Positions 9,181 to 18,199 of a DNA stretch of 32,000 bases are shown here, in pieces; position 1 is the stretch's first letter; the number at the start of each line of letters is the position of its first letter. The position numbers were made by a program, and so were the translations under genes. Origin of the DNA: Lachnospiraceae bacterium (lineage in GTDB: Bacteria > Bacillota > Clostridia > Lachnospirales > Lachnospiraceae); NCBI GenBank assembly GCA_036652735.1, contig JAVVVI010000001.1, forward strand, positions 96,998 to 128,997, written 5' to 3'. The notes under the pieces are model-generated. The model saw only the letters and a program-made list of their open reading frames with translations, made no database searches and had not been told where the DNA came from.

Positions 9181-11604
9181 ATGAAGATATGTATTGTTGG
9201 GGGTGTTGCCGGTGGTGCCAGTGCTGCAACACGATTGCGTCGTTTAGACGAAGATGCTGAGATTATTTTATTTGAAAAGGGGGAATTTATCTCCTATGCG
9301 AATTGCGGACTTCCATACTATATTGGTGGAATTATCAAAGAGGAAGAAACTCTGATTGTAACCAAACCAGAATTATTAAGAGAACGATTTTTAATTGACG
9401 TTCGTGTGAGGAATGAAGTAACTGCTATTAACAAAGAAGAGAAAAAAATCCAGGTTAAGAACCACGAAACCGGTGAACTCTATGAAGAATCTTACGACAA
9501 ACTTCTACTGTCCCCGGGTGCTGCTCCCAAAATCATGTTTCCTGAGGCGGCTGCCATTCCGGGCGTATTTACTTTACGAACGGTCCCTGACACGCTGAAG
9601 ATTCGCAGCTTTATTGATACCCAAAAGCCAAAAACTGCCGTTGTGATCGGCGGTGGATTTATTGGAATTGAAATGGCAGAGAATCTAACCGCTCAGGGCA
9701 TTGCCGTTACGGTTGTGGAATTTGCCCCTCATATCGTTGCCTCCATGGACCATGAACTGGCAAATATTCTTCATACTCATTTAGCTGAGAATGGAGTATC
9801 GCTTCTTTTAAAAACCGGTGTCACGAATATAAAACAAGAAGGAAGCAGCATCTGCTTATCTCTCACAAACGACACTTCCATCCATGCCGACCTGGTACTG
9901 ATGTCTGTTGGTGTCGCCCCTGAAAGCCGCCTTGCAAAAGAAACCGGCCTGTCTCTTGGCATGGGTAACAGCATTGCTGTTACAGACACTTTGCAAACCA
10001 GTGATCCCAATATTTACGCCGTTGGAGATGCCATTTCTATTGAACATGCCATTACCCATAAGGAAAGCCTGATTCCCCTTGCCGGTCCTGCAAATCGACA
10101 GGGCAGAATTGTTGCGGAAAATATCCTTGGTGCTTCTAAATCGGGAAATCTCACCTTAGGAAGTGCCGTATTAAAGGTCTTTGACTTAACGGCTGCTTCC
10201 ACCGGCTTAAGTGAAGCCCAGTGCCAAAAGATGAATATCGATTATAAAAAAACTTATGTACATCCCTTTTCCCACGCCAGCTATTATCCCGGTGCAACCC
10301 AGATTACCATGAAATTACTGTTTACCAATGATGGTTCCATTCTTGGTGCACAGGCTGTTGGTTACGAAGGTGTTGAGAAACATATCGATGTAATTGCCAG
10401 TGTTATCCACTTTAAAGGGACCGTAAAGGATTTAGAAGAACTGGAACTATGCTATGCTCCTCCATTTTCCTCCGCTAAGGATCCGGTAAATATGCTTGGT
10501 TTTACTGCTTCTAATATTTTAAATGGAAGTATGCCTGTCTTTTACGCTGAGGATCTGGAAACCCTTGACCTGAATAAAATTCAGTTGGTTGATGTCAGCA
10601 CACCCGATGAAGTTCTTATGGGTACTATTAAAAACAGTCGCAATATTCCCCTGGATACCCTTCGAAACCGTATGGCGGAACTGGATCCCTCAAAGCCGGT
10701 TTATCTCTTCTGCCGAATTGGTTTAAGAGGCTATATTGCGGCCAGAATCCTGTTGCAACATGGATATCAGGTCTTTAATCTCAGCGGTGGCTACAAAACT
10801 TATATGATGATTCAGAATAAAAAGACATCCTTTTTATCCAAAGAATGCAGTCATAAGGAACACTCGGAGCAGTCCTCCGGTACGCCTGCTGCTTCCATGG
10901 AAGTAAATGCCTGCGGGCTTCAATGCCCCGGTCCAATTATGAAGGTTGCAGATGGCATGAAGGAACTGAAAGATGGCGAACAATTGTTAATTCATGCCAC
11001 TGATCCTGCTTTTGCATCCGATATCAAGGTTTGGTGTGAACGAACGGGAAACCAATGCTTAACCATTACGTCTGAAAAAGGAATCTTTCACGTTACTTTG
11101 CAAAAAGGCACTTTAATTCCTGTCCCTTCTACCGGTAATGACAAAACAATGGTTATTTTCAGCAGTGACCTGGACAAAGCGATTGCTGCTTTTATCATTG
11201 CCAATGGTTCTGTTGCAATGGGACGGAAGGTAACTCTATTCTTTACCTTTTGGGGTCTAAACATACTACGCAAAAACTCCAAAGTAACTGTTTCAAAGAC
11301 CGTCGTTGAAAAAATGTTTGGTAAACTGATGCCTCGTGGAAGCAAAAAGCTGGGTCTGTCCCGAATGAATATGGGTGGAATGGGTGCCAAAATGATTCGC
11401 ACCATTATGAAAAAGAAACAGGTCTCTTCCCTGGAAGAGCTTATTCAATCCGCCATACAAAGCGGCGTACGAATTGTAGCCTGTGAAATGTCCATGGATT
11501 TAATGGGCATTCATCCGGAAGAATTAATTCCCGGCGTAGAACTAGGTGGCGTTGCAACCTTCCTTGGAAGCGCCGAAACATCGGATACAAATTTGTTCAT
11601 CTAA
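9181..11604 (+). CDS. Four-domain fusion: CoA-disulfide reductase / NADH-oxidase-type flavoprotein + rhodanese + TusA-like + DsrE-like domain
   Basis: The N-terminus carries GGVAGGASAA (FAD) and SYANCGLPYY, with the redox Cys at residue 42. The rhodanese loop is FCRIGLRG (Cys511, nt 10711-10713). The TusA-type motif is CGLQCPGP (Cys582, nt 10924-10926). A C-terminal domain of about 150 aa, KTMVIFSSDLDKAIAAFIIANG...VACEMSM (Cys768), is DsrE/DrsE-like. SD is AGAGGGAAAG. Confidence 0.85.
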   Translation: MKICIVGGVAGGASAATRLRRLDEDAEIILFEKGEFISYANCGLPYYIGGIIKEEETLIVTKPELLRERFLIDVRVRNEVTAINKEEKKIQVKNHETGELYEESYDKLLLSPGAAPKIMFPEAAAIPGVFTLRTVPDTLKIRSFIDTQKPKTAVVIGGGFIGIEMAENLTAQGIAVTVVEFAPHIVASMDHELANILHTHLAENGVSLLLKTGVTNIKQEGSSICLSLTNDTSIHADLVLMSVGVAPESRLAKETGLSLGMGNSIAVTDTLQTSDPNIYAVGDAISIEHAITHKESLIPLAGPANRQGRIVAENILGASKSGNLTLGSAVLKVFDLTAASTGLSEAQCQKMNIDYKKTYVHPFSHASYYPGATQITMKLLFTNDGSILGAQAVGYEGVEKHIDVIASVIHFKGTVKDLEELELCYAPPFSSAKDPVNMLGFTASNILNGSMPVFYAEDLETLDLNKIQLVDVSTPDEVLMGTIKNSRNIPLDTLRNRMAELDPSKPVYLFCRIGLRGYIAARILLQHGYQVFNLSGGYKTYMMIQNKKTSFLSKECSHKEHSEQSSGTPAASMEVNACGLQCPGPIMKVADGMKELKDGEQLLIHATDPAFASDIKVWCERTGNQCLTITSEKGIFHVTLQKGTLIPVPSTGNDKTMVIFSSDLDKAIAAFIIANGSVAMGRKVTLFFTFWGLNILRKNSKVTVSKTVVEKMFGKLMPRGSKKLGLSRMNMGGMGAKMIRTIMKKKQVSSLEELIQSAIQSGVRIVACEMSMDLMGIHPEELIPGVELGGVATFLGSAETSDTNLFI

Positions 11605-11614
11605 CAACACTCTT

Positions 11615-11660
11615 ATAACAGGCATAGAATTTTTATCTTTCTATGCCTGTTATTCATTTT
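11615..11660 (+). terminator. Intrinsic terminator after the reductase fusion gene, overlapping the spoIIP stop codon
   Basis: A perfect 15-bp stem, ATAACAGGCATAGAA (11615-11629) with TTCTATGCCTGTTAT (11639-11653), encloses a 9-nt loop and is followed by TCATTTT. The spoIIP stop (11650-11652) lies inside the 3' arm. Confidence 0.6.
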
Positions 11661-12876
11661 GTGATGTCAGAACTTTATTTAACAGGTCCGCTAAAGGCTC
11701 CATGGCATTCCCTGCTTCCTCATCGGTATTGGTCTGTGCCCCAACTTCAATTAAAAGTGTCCTGGGTTTTAAATGCATATTGTAACGATATCCTTTTAGA
11801 TAAATTGGCCTTGTAAAACCCGGATAATAGGTGGCTGCCGCAATTTGCATCTGCAGTGAAAATGCAAGATTATCCTGTAAATTTGGATTTTTCAAATATG
11901 TAATTTCACCATTTGCGGTTGTGCGACTGAGGCCATTAAAAAACATAATTTTTGCGGTCTTTTTTCCATTAATTTTTTTAATCAAATGTGCATCTTCCTT
12001 CACTGCATCCCGATGCATGTCAATTACAACCTTAATGGAGGGATGGTCTGAAAGAATTTTTTCAATTGCAGGCAATGCTTCCGAATAAGCTGCATCCCGG
12101 CTTTTCACATCATATTCACCCAAGTGATGCAATACCTCAAATCCATACTTTTCTTCTAACAGCTGATCCAGATATTGGGCTATATCCACTACTGATTTCT
12201 GCTTTTCACCCTTTTTGGAACTTATATATTTTTCCTGGGAATGTGTATGATAAATTAAAATCTGGGGTCCCTTCCCATTTTTTTTAATGGTAAGATCTTT
12301 CTTTAATAATTTTTCTGCATTGAGCTGGCTTCCTTTAATTGTTGTGGTTCGATCAATCACATAGAAGTTCTGCCGCAAATAATCAAAGTCATTTAGCTTT
12401 TCCAATGACACCGCCTTAGCCTCGTCCTCTTTTAAGTTACCAGTGGAATCGGTCTCTTTTTCATCCTCCTCCACTACCTCCTGTGCTACAATATCTCCCG
12501 TTCTATCATCCACATAATTCTCATCTGCTGCCTCACTGGCAACTATGGCTTCGTAGGAAATTGCACTTTCCACTTTGGTCTCATAGTGTGGTTTTGTACT
12601 CTCATAAGCATAAATAGGAAAATATCGTACCACTTTACTCACGAATACATCCCAGAGGGAATCTTCTCCGGGGGGTGAGACTGAAAAGGTCAACACCGGA
12701 GAATGGAGTTTTATCATGCGGTTACCCATGTCATTTACCGTCTGTTCCAAACACTGCTGTGCAAATGAGGATGTTTTTCCTCCACGTTTTCCAATGGCAA
12801 AAAAAGCTGCCATACAAATCAATACACAAGTCAGAATAATTCTTGCTATTTTTACAATTTTCTTTCTGTAGTTCAC
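11650..12876 (-). CDS. spoIIP: Stage II sporulation protein P (SpoIIP, cell-wall hydrolase)
   Basis: N-terminal TM segment ARIILTCVLICMAAFFAI, an acidic linker, and a C-terminal SpoIIP-type domain with ILIYHTHSQEKY. The start is uncertain. The longest ORF starts at the GTG at 12912. I prefer the GTG at 12876 (VNYRKKIV), preceded by AAAGGGTGG plus 6 nt. Confidence 0.8.
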   Translation of the reverse strand: MNYRKKIVKIARIILTCVLICMAAFFAIGKRGGKTSSFAQQCLEQTVNDMGNRMIKLHSPVLTFSVSPPGEDSLWDVFVSKVVRYFPIYAYESTKPHYETKVESAISYEAIVASEAADENYVDDRTGDIVAQEVVEEDEKETDSTGNLKEDEAKAVSLEKLNDFDYLRQNFYVIDRTTTIKGSQLNAEKLLKKDLTIKKNGKGPQILIYHTHSQEKYISSKKGEKQKSVVDIAQYLDQLLEEKYGFEVLHHLGEYDVKSRDAAYSEALPAIEKILSDHPSIKVVIDMHRDAVKEDAHLIKKINGKKTAKIMFFNGLSRTTANGEITYLKNPNLQDNLAFSLQMQIAAATYYPGFTRPIYLKGYRYNMHLKPRTLLIEVGAQTNTDEEAGNAMEPLADLLNKVLTSQNE

Positions 12877-12917
12877 CCATTGCCACCCTTTCACCAAAAG
12901 ACATACATCCACAGATA

Positions 12918-12946
12918 TATATATGATGACAAGGTTGAATTTATGC
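12918..12946 (-). promoter_or_regulatory. Candidate sigma-E-type sporulation promoter for spoIIP
   Basis: On the minus strand: GCATAAA (12946-12940), a 14-nt spacer, then CATATATA (12925-12918). My recalled B. subtilis sigma-E consensus is ZHATAXX-N14-CATACAHT. The -35 fits, and the -10 matches 5 of 8 positions. Confidence 0.3.
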
Positions 12947-12957
12947 TCTTATTTCAC

Positions 12958-13692
12958 TTATTCTTTTCTATGTGTAAAATATCTGGCTGCTTCCTCTGCC
13001 TGGGCAGTCAGCATTTTAATACCACCAGAACATCGAATTCCCAGTTCTTCTGCCTGTGCTAAAAGCTTTGTTTTTTCCGGATTGTAGATTACATCAAAGA
13101 CCCCTTCGCAGTCCGGAAATTGCGTAAGATCTATGGGCCGTTGTTCTACGTTTGGATACATTCCAACCGGAGTTGTATTAATAATCACCTGAATCCTGTC
13201 CACTCTGTGTAAGTCAGCATAATTTACCCTTATGACCGGATTATTTTCCTGGAATTCCTGCTCCCTTCGGGAAGCAATTACAATTTTGGCTGCTCCCATC
13301 TGCTTCACAGCCCAGGTCACGGTCTTACTGGTTGCTCCATCTCCCAAAATAAGGACTGTTTTAGTTTCAACAACGATGCCTGCTTCTTTCATTGCGTAAC
13401 AAAATCCATAGTAATCTGTATTTGTTCCACAAAGTTTTCTCTGGGCATTAAAATATAAGGTATTTACAGCCCCTATTTGTTTTGCAATGGGTGCTAAATA
13501 GTCACAATAGGGCATTACGGTCTGTTTGTATGGAATGGTAACATTTAAACCCAGGAAATTTCTGGTCTCCAATAGTTCCACTAACTCTTCTTTGGAAACC
13601 GGATACAGTTCATATTGATAGAATCCCAGGCTCTCATGTATTTCCTTGGAATAACTATGGCCCAGTTTTTCCCCAACTAATCCATATTGCAT
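12958..13692 (-). CDS. aroE: Shikimate dehydrogenase (short form, 244 aa)
   Basis: LGHSYSKEIH, NVTIPYK and NTDYYG motifs are present. Its ATG overlaps the end of the chorismate mutase ORF by 16 nt. Confidence 0.85.
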   Translation of the reverse strand: MQYGLVGEKLGHSYSKEIHESLGFYQYELYPVSKEELVELLETRNFLGLNVTIPYKQTVMPYCDYLAPIAKQIGAVNTLYFNAQRKLCGTNTDYYGFCYAMKEAGIVVETKTVLILGDGATSKTVTWAVKQMGAAKIVIASRREQEFQENNPVIRVNYADLHRVDRIQVIINTTPVGMYPNVEQRPIDLTQFPDCEGVFDVIYNPEKTKLLAQAEELGIRCSGGIKMLTAQAEEAARYFTHRKE

Positions 13693-13964
13693 GATTCTTC
13701 TCCTTCTATCAACTCCCTTTGATACGCTCTGCTCACTTGAAACATGGTACCATATAGTGTTCGAATATAGGGCTCCATAAGTGGACCCACCTGTTCAGAC
13801 AGCTTTTGCAGAATTTCTTCCTCTCTTTGTGCATTTAAAACGATCGTTTTAGAAGCTTTCTTTTCTTCTGCTACCTGTTTGGATAACTTCATTCGTTGAA
13901 GGAATAAAGCAGCTATTTCCTCATCTATTTTATCGATTTCAATTCTTATGTTCTCTAATGACAT
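13677..13964 (-). CDS. Chorismate mutase, AroQ class (95 aa, stand-alone)
   Basis: MSLENIRIEIDKIDEEIAALFLQRMKLSKQVAEEKK is the typical AroQ helical N-terminus. AGGAG lies 6 nt upstream. It overlaps the aroC end by 26 nt and the aroE start by 16 nt. Confidence 0.8.
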   Translation of the reverse strand: MSLENIRIEIDKIDEEIAALFLQRMKLSKQVAEEKKASKTIVLNAQREEEILQKLSEQVGPLMEPYIRTLYGTMFQVSRAYQRELIEGEESCNMD

Positions 13965-15063
13965 CTTCTTCTCCTAATTCCAGCATGGTATCTAAAATAC
14001 CCAGTGCCATGGCGGCTTCCACTACTGGGACTGCCCGAACCACCACACAGGGATCATGTCTGCCAACAATACTCAGCTTCGTATTTTCTCCCCGGCTTAA
14101 AGATACCGAGTCCTGTTCCTTTGCTATGGATGGTGTGGGTTTCATTCCAAGACGGCAGATAATGGGCATTCCGGATGAAATTCCACCTAATATTCCTCCA
14201 TGGTGATTGGTTCTTGTTTTAACCTGATTTCCGTCCATATAAAATGCATCGTTATTCTCAGAACCTTTCCTGGCAGAAGAGGCAAATCCTGTGCCGAACT
14301 CAACTCCTTTTACTGCCGGAATCCCAAAGAAAATCGGAGACAAGATGCTTTCTAGTCCATCATACATAGGACCGCCAATTCCCGGTTTCACTCCAATTGC
14401 CACACACTCTATGATTCCGCCAATGGAATCTCCCTGTGACCGGACTTCGGTTATATACTTCCCCATCTCCGCTCCCTTTTCTTCATCCAGTACAGGAAAG
14501 GAACGTGTCTTCAAATCATTTAGTTGTGTCAAGTCTTCTATTCCCTCTGAGAATCCTCTGTCAAAAATAGAACCAATGGCATAAATATGTGCTCCAATAT
14601 GAATATTTTCTTTTTCCAATATTTGAAGTGCAATGGCCCCTGCAATACAAAGAGGTGCCGTCATTCTTCCTGAAAAAGGACCGCCGCCGCTGATATTCAC
14701 ACTGCCCTTATACTTTACCATTGCCGTATAATCTCCATGTCCGGGACGTGGAACATCACAAACAGATTCATAATCCTTGGAATGGATATTGGTATTTTTA
14801 ATTATAATGGTCAATGGTTCCTTTGTTGTTTTACCATCAATAAGACCACTTCGAACCAAAGGCAGGTCCGGTTCTTTTCGTGAGGTTGCATAAATACTGT
14901 TCCCGGGTGCTCTCCGATTTAGTAATTCCTGCATTTTATCAAAATCAATCCATTGTCCAATGGGCAGACCTGTAATCGTTACCCCTATTTCTTCTTCGTG
15001 AGAACCTCCAAATATGGTTACCTTTAAGTGTCTGCCAAAGGTAGAAGAACATTTAATACTCAT
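13939..15063 (-). CDS. aroC: Chorismate synthase
   Basis: GRHDPCVVVRAVPVVEA plus general AroC layout. I moved the start from the GTG at 15072 to the ATG at 15063, preceded by GGGAGGTG plus 6 nt. It overlaps the aroA end by 11 nt. Confidence 0.92.
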   Translation of the reverse strand: MSIKCSSTFGRHLKVTIFGGSHEEEIGVTITGLPIGQWIDFDKMQELLNRRAPGNSIYATSRKEPDLPLVRSGLIDGKTTKEPLTIIIKNTNIHSKDYESVCDVPRPGHGDYTAMVKYKGSVNISGGGPFSGRMTAPLCIAGAIALQILEKENIHIGAHIYAIGSIFDRGFSEGIEDLTQLNDLKTRSFPVLDEEKGAEMGKYITEVRSQGDSIGGIIECVAIGVKPGIGGPMYDGLESILSPIFFGIPAVKGVEFGTGFASSARKGSENNDAFYMDGNQVKTRTNHHGGILGGISSGMPIICRLGMKPTPSIAKEQDSVSLSRGENTKLSIVGRHDPCVVVRAVPVVEAAMALGILDTMLELGEEDVIREHKN

Positions 15064-16267
15064 ACCATTCACCTCCCAGTTGTTTATAATCCATAAAAAA
15101 ATCAGGATAAGATTTTGCCACAGCTTCTGCTCCTACAATGTATACCGGTTCCCTGCATAAACTTGATGCAATGGCTGCCGCCATTACAATCCGATGGTCA
15201 TTCTGACTACACACGGTTCCACCGGTCAGCCCACCCTTGCCATCTATGGTAAGGCCTTCCTGTTCTTCTATAATTCTTCCCCCAAGTGCTTCTATCATAT
15301 CATGAACTGCCACTAACCGGTCACTCTCTTTGATTCGAAGTCTTGCGGCATTGATAATCCTGGTTCTGCCTTTTCGGGATGCTGCCAGTACCGAAAGAAT
15401 CGGCACCAAATCCGGAATATCGGTTACATCTATCACCCAATCTTCCCGGCTGTGGTTCTCTTCTAATTCTTTTAACTCTTCAATGAGCCTAAGAATTGCC
15501 TTGTCCCCCTGCATGGACTGTACATTCAGATTCTTACAGTTAATCTGCTGCTCAGAACCGGTGATTTTTTCCGCTATCCTGTCTGCTGCAATCCAGAATG
15601 CACTGTTTGACCAATCCCCTTCTGCCTCCACCTCACCCGGCGACCGATAGCTCTGCCCACCCTTTATGATGAATGTATGAAACGGAGTTCTTTGCACTTC
15701 TATCTGAATTCCAAACTGCTGCAATACCTCCAGTGTTAGTTCCACATACCCGATGGATTCTAAATTGGATGTTAGTTCTATCCTGCTCTCCTGTTCCAAC
15801 AGAGGCAGTGCAAACAAAAGACCTGTTATATACTGAGAGCTTACATTTCCTGCCAAAGAAAATATTCCGCCCTGAAGTTTTCCCGACACACGAATAATCA
15901 GTCCTGCTTCCTGTGAAGTTTGAAAACTGCAGCCATGTGCCTCCATCTCCTCTTTTAAGGGTGACAAGGGACGTTGGGGAAGGCGTCCATTTCCATAAAA
16001 TTCCGCCTGTTCTGTCAAAGCCATTACAATGGGCAGAAAAAAACGCAGCGTCGATCCACTTTCTCCACATGGATAGTTCCCACTCCCATTTTTCAGGGCC
16101 CGAATGCAGTTCTCGGTTGCCTTTAAATCGTCATTCCAGTCATGGATGGTCACCCTGCATGGCTCCTTACATAACGCTGCTGCAATTAATAACCGGTGGG
16201 CGTGAGATTTTGATGTAATGGCATTCAAGCTTCCCTTTAAAGGTCCTGGTATTATTTTTATATTCAT
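15053..16267 (-). CDS. aroA: 3-phosphoshikimate 1-carboxyvinyltransferase (EPSP synthase)
   Basis: MNIKIIPGPLKGSLNAITSKSHAHRLLIAAAL start and DHRIVMAAAIA motif. I moved the start from 16309 to the ATG at 16267, preceded by GAGGAGGGG. Confidence 0.92.
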   Translation of the reverse strand: MNIKIIPGPLKGSLNAITSKSHAHRLLIAAALCKEPCRVTIHDWNDDLKATENCIRALKNGSGNYPCGESGSTLRFFLPIVMALTEQAEFYGNGRLPQRPLSPLKEEMEAHGCSFQTSQEAGLIIRVSGKLQGGIFSLAGNVSSQYITGLLFALPLLEQESRIELTSNLESIGYVELTLEVLQQFGIQIEVQRTPFHTFIIKGGQSYRSPGEVEAEGDWSNSAFWIAADRIAEKITGSEQQINCKNLNVQSMQGDKAILRLIEELKELEENHSREDWVIDVTDIPDLVPILSVLAASRKGRTRIINAARLRIKESDRLVAVHDMIEALGGRIIEEQEGLTIDGKGGLTGGTVCSQNDHRIVMAAAIASSLCREPVYIVGAEAVAKSYPDFFMDYKQLGGEWYEY

Positions 16268-16280
16268 AGAACCCCTCCTC

Positions 16281-17357
16281 TTAGAATGCATGTTCAATAA
16301 AATGTTCAAGCTCTGATATGGGTAGTTCCTTTAGATAACAGGCACCCATTTTCTTTGGTACTACAAGGGTAATCCTATCACCCTGTCTTTTTTTATCCTT
16401 CCATGCAACCTCTGCAAGCTGTTTGGATGAAAAGTTACACTCCAATGGAAACTTGAACTTTAACAAAATGCGCTTAAGGTCTTCGGAACAATCCTCTTGT
16501 GAATACCCCAATTGATACGATGCGCGGGAGACTATATACATTCCAATTGCAACTGCATGACCATGCGTCACTTGATAATTACTGCATTTTTCAATGGCAT
16601 GCCCTATTGTATGTCCAAAGTTCAATAGCTGGCGCTTGCCGGTATCCCTCTGGTCCAAACCAACAATCTCTGCCTTTATTGTAATACATCTTAAGACAAT
16701 TTTCTCTAAAATGTCTCCCTGGTGGGTTGTACCATATAACGCTTCCCCATACTGCTCCATTTGTTCCAATAGTTCCAGATCCTGAATGGCACCATACTTA
16801 ATCACTTCTGCTACTCCATCCAAAAAAATAGTATAAGGAAGTGTCTTCATGGTATCACAATCGCAAAGAACCAGAGACGGCTGCCAGAATGCTCCTGCCA
16901 GATTTTTCCCCCCTTCCAGATTCACACCTGTTTTTCCACCTACAGAGGAATCCACTGCTGCCAGAAACGTAGTTGGAATCTGTACATAAGGGATTCCTCT
17001 TAGGAAAATTGACGCTGCAAATCCTGCAATATCTCCTGCAATTCCACCACCCAATGCAACAATACTGTCACTTCTTGTAAAATTATGGTCCGCCATAAGT
17101 TCTAAAATGGCTTTTACTGTGTCGATTTTCTTTGCATTTTCCCCTTTTGGGAATACGTAGCTTATCGTTTGAAACCCTTCCTGTTCCAGTGATGCAACCA
17201 CTTGTGAGGCATAAAGCTTTTCTACTACCGAGTCGGTTACCAGACAGATTTTACCCGGTGAAAGAACTGTTTTTATATACTTCCCTGCTTCTTGAACAAT
17301 ACCTCGTTTTAAGATCACCTCATATTTTTTTCCCGTTGGAACCGTCACTTTTTCCAT
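16281..17357 (-). CDS. aroB: 3-dehydroquinate synthase
   Basis: GGGIAGDIAGFAA nucleotide-binding motif and metal-binding histidines in FGHTIGHAIE...HGHAVAIG. Its ATG overlaps the tyrA TAA by 1 nt (TAATG). Confidence 0.92.
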   Translation of the reverse strand: MEKVTVPTGKKYEVILKRGIVQEAGKYIKTVLSPGKICLVTDSVVEKLYASQVVASLEQEGFQTISYVFPKGENAKKIDTVKAILELMADHNFTRSDSIVALGGGIAGDIAGFAASIFLRGIPYVQIPTTFLAAVDSSVGGKTGVNLEGGKNLAGAFWQPSLVLCDCDTMKTLPYTIFLDGVAEVIKYGAIQDLELLEQMEQYGEALYGTTHQGDILEKIVLRCITIKAEIVGLDQRDTGKRQLLNFGHTIGHAIEKCSNYQVTHGHAVAIGMYIVSRASYQLGYSQEDCSEDLKRILLKFKFPLECNFSSKQLAEVAWKDKKRQGDRITLVVPKKMGACYLKELPISELEHFIEHAF

Positions 17358-18199
17358 TAAAATTTTTCTCCATCTATGGTCATTTTTCTTTCTTTACCTT
17401 CTCTTAAAAGCGTACAAAGTGTCTCTTTGTCCTGTGTCTGAATTGCTTGCTTATATTCTTCTAGATGTTGAATTAATTCCTCTATTTCTTCGGATAAGAA
17501 CTGTGGATTGCATAAGAATAACTCCGTCCACATATCTTCTTTTAATTTTGCAACACGAGTCATATCTTTATAACTTCCTGCGGAGAATCCCTGATGCTGC
17601 AATGCTGTCTCACTCTTTATATAGGCTCCTGAAACCACATGTGCCAGTTGAGAGGTGAACGCAATCATACGGTCATGTTCTTCCGGTGTTGTAATTACAA
17701 TATCCTGAAAACCAATGCTGAGAAATAATTGTTTCATTTGCTGAACGGCTTCAATCTGTGTTCCTTTTGCCGGTGTCAATATCATGGATGCATGCTGGAA
17801 TAATGCCTTCTTTGCATGATTGAATCCGGAATGTGCCGCTCCTGCCATAGGATGTCCGCCCATAAATAAAAATCCCTGTTCTTTTGCAATTGGCTCCAAT
17901 TCAGCGCAGATCACACGTTTCACTCCACAACAGTCCAGTACCACTCCGCCTTTTCTGATTTGCTCCCTGTGCTGTTTCACAAAATCAATGGTTGCCTGTG
18001 GATAGAGTGCAAGAATTAATAATTCACACTCCGGTAATTCTTCTGCCTTTAACTCCTCATCAATGGCTCCTGTTACAATCGCTTTTTTTACAATTGAATC
18101 TTCAATATCCAGTCCCAGAATTTGATGTTCGGTATTTTCCTTGAATGTTTTAGCCATGGAACCGCCAATCAGACCAAGTCCGATAATTCCTATCTTCAT
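17357..18199 (-). CDS. tyrA: Prephenate dehydrogenase
   Basis: MKIGIIGLGLIGGS Rossmann start and GGHPMAG motif. Its ATG abuts the aroF stop (TAAATG). Confidence 0.88.
   Translation of the reverse strand: MKIGIIGLGLIGGSMAKTFKENTEHQILGLDIEDSIVKKAIVTGAIDEELKAEELPECELLILALYPQATIDFVKQHREQIRKGGVVLDCCGVKRVICAELEPIAKEQGFLFMGGHPMAGAAHSGFNHAKKALFQHASMILTPAKGTQIEAVQQMKQLFLSIGFQDIVITTPEEHDRMIAFTSQLAHVVSGAYIKSETALQHQGFSAGSYKDMTRVAKLKEDMWTELFLCNPQFLSEEIEELIQHLEEYKQAIQTQDKETLCTLLREGKERKMTIDGEKF

Noticed and set aside
15633-16070. A 145-aa minus-strand ORF overlapping aroA in another frame, and a similar one at 22579-22995 inside comEC
   Set aside because: They are out of frame within genes whose own frames carry the diagnostic motifs. 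No SD is present and the composition is not protein-like.
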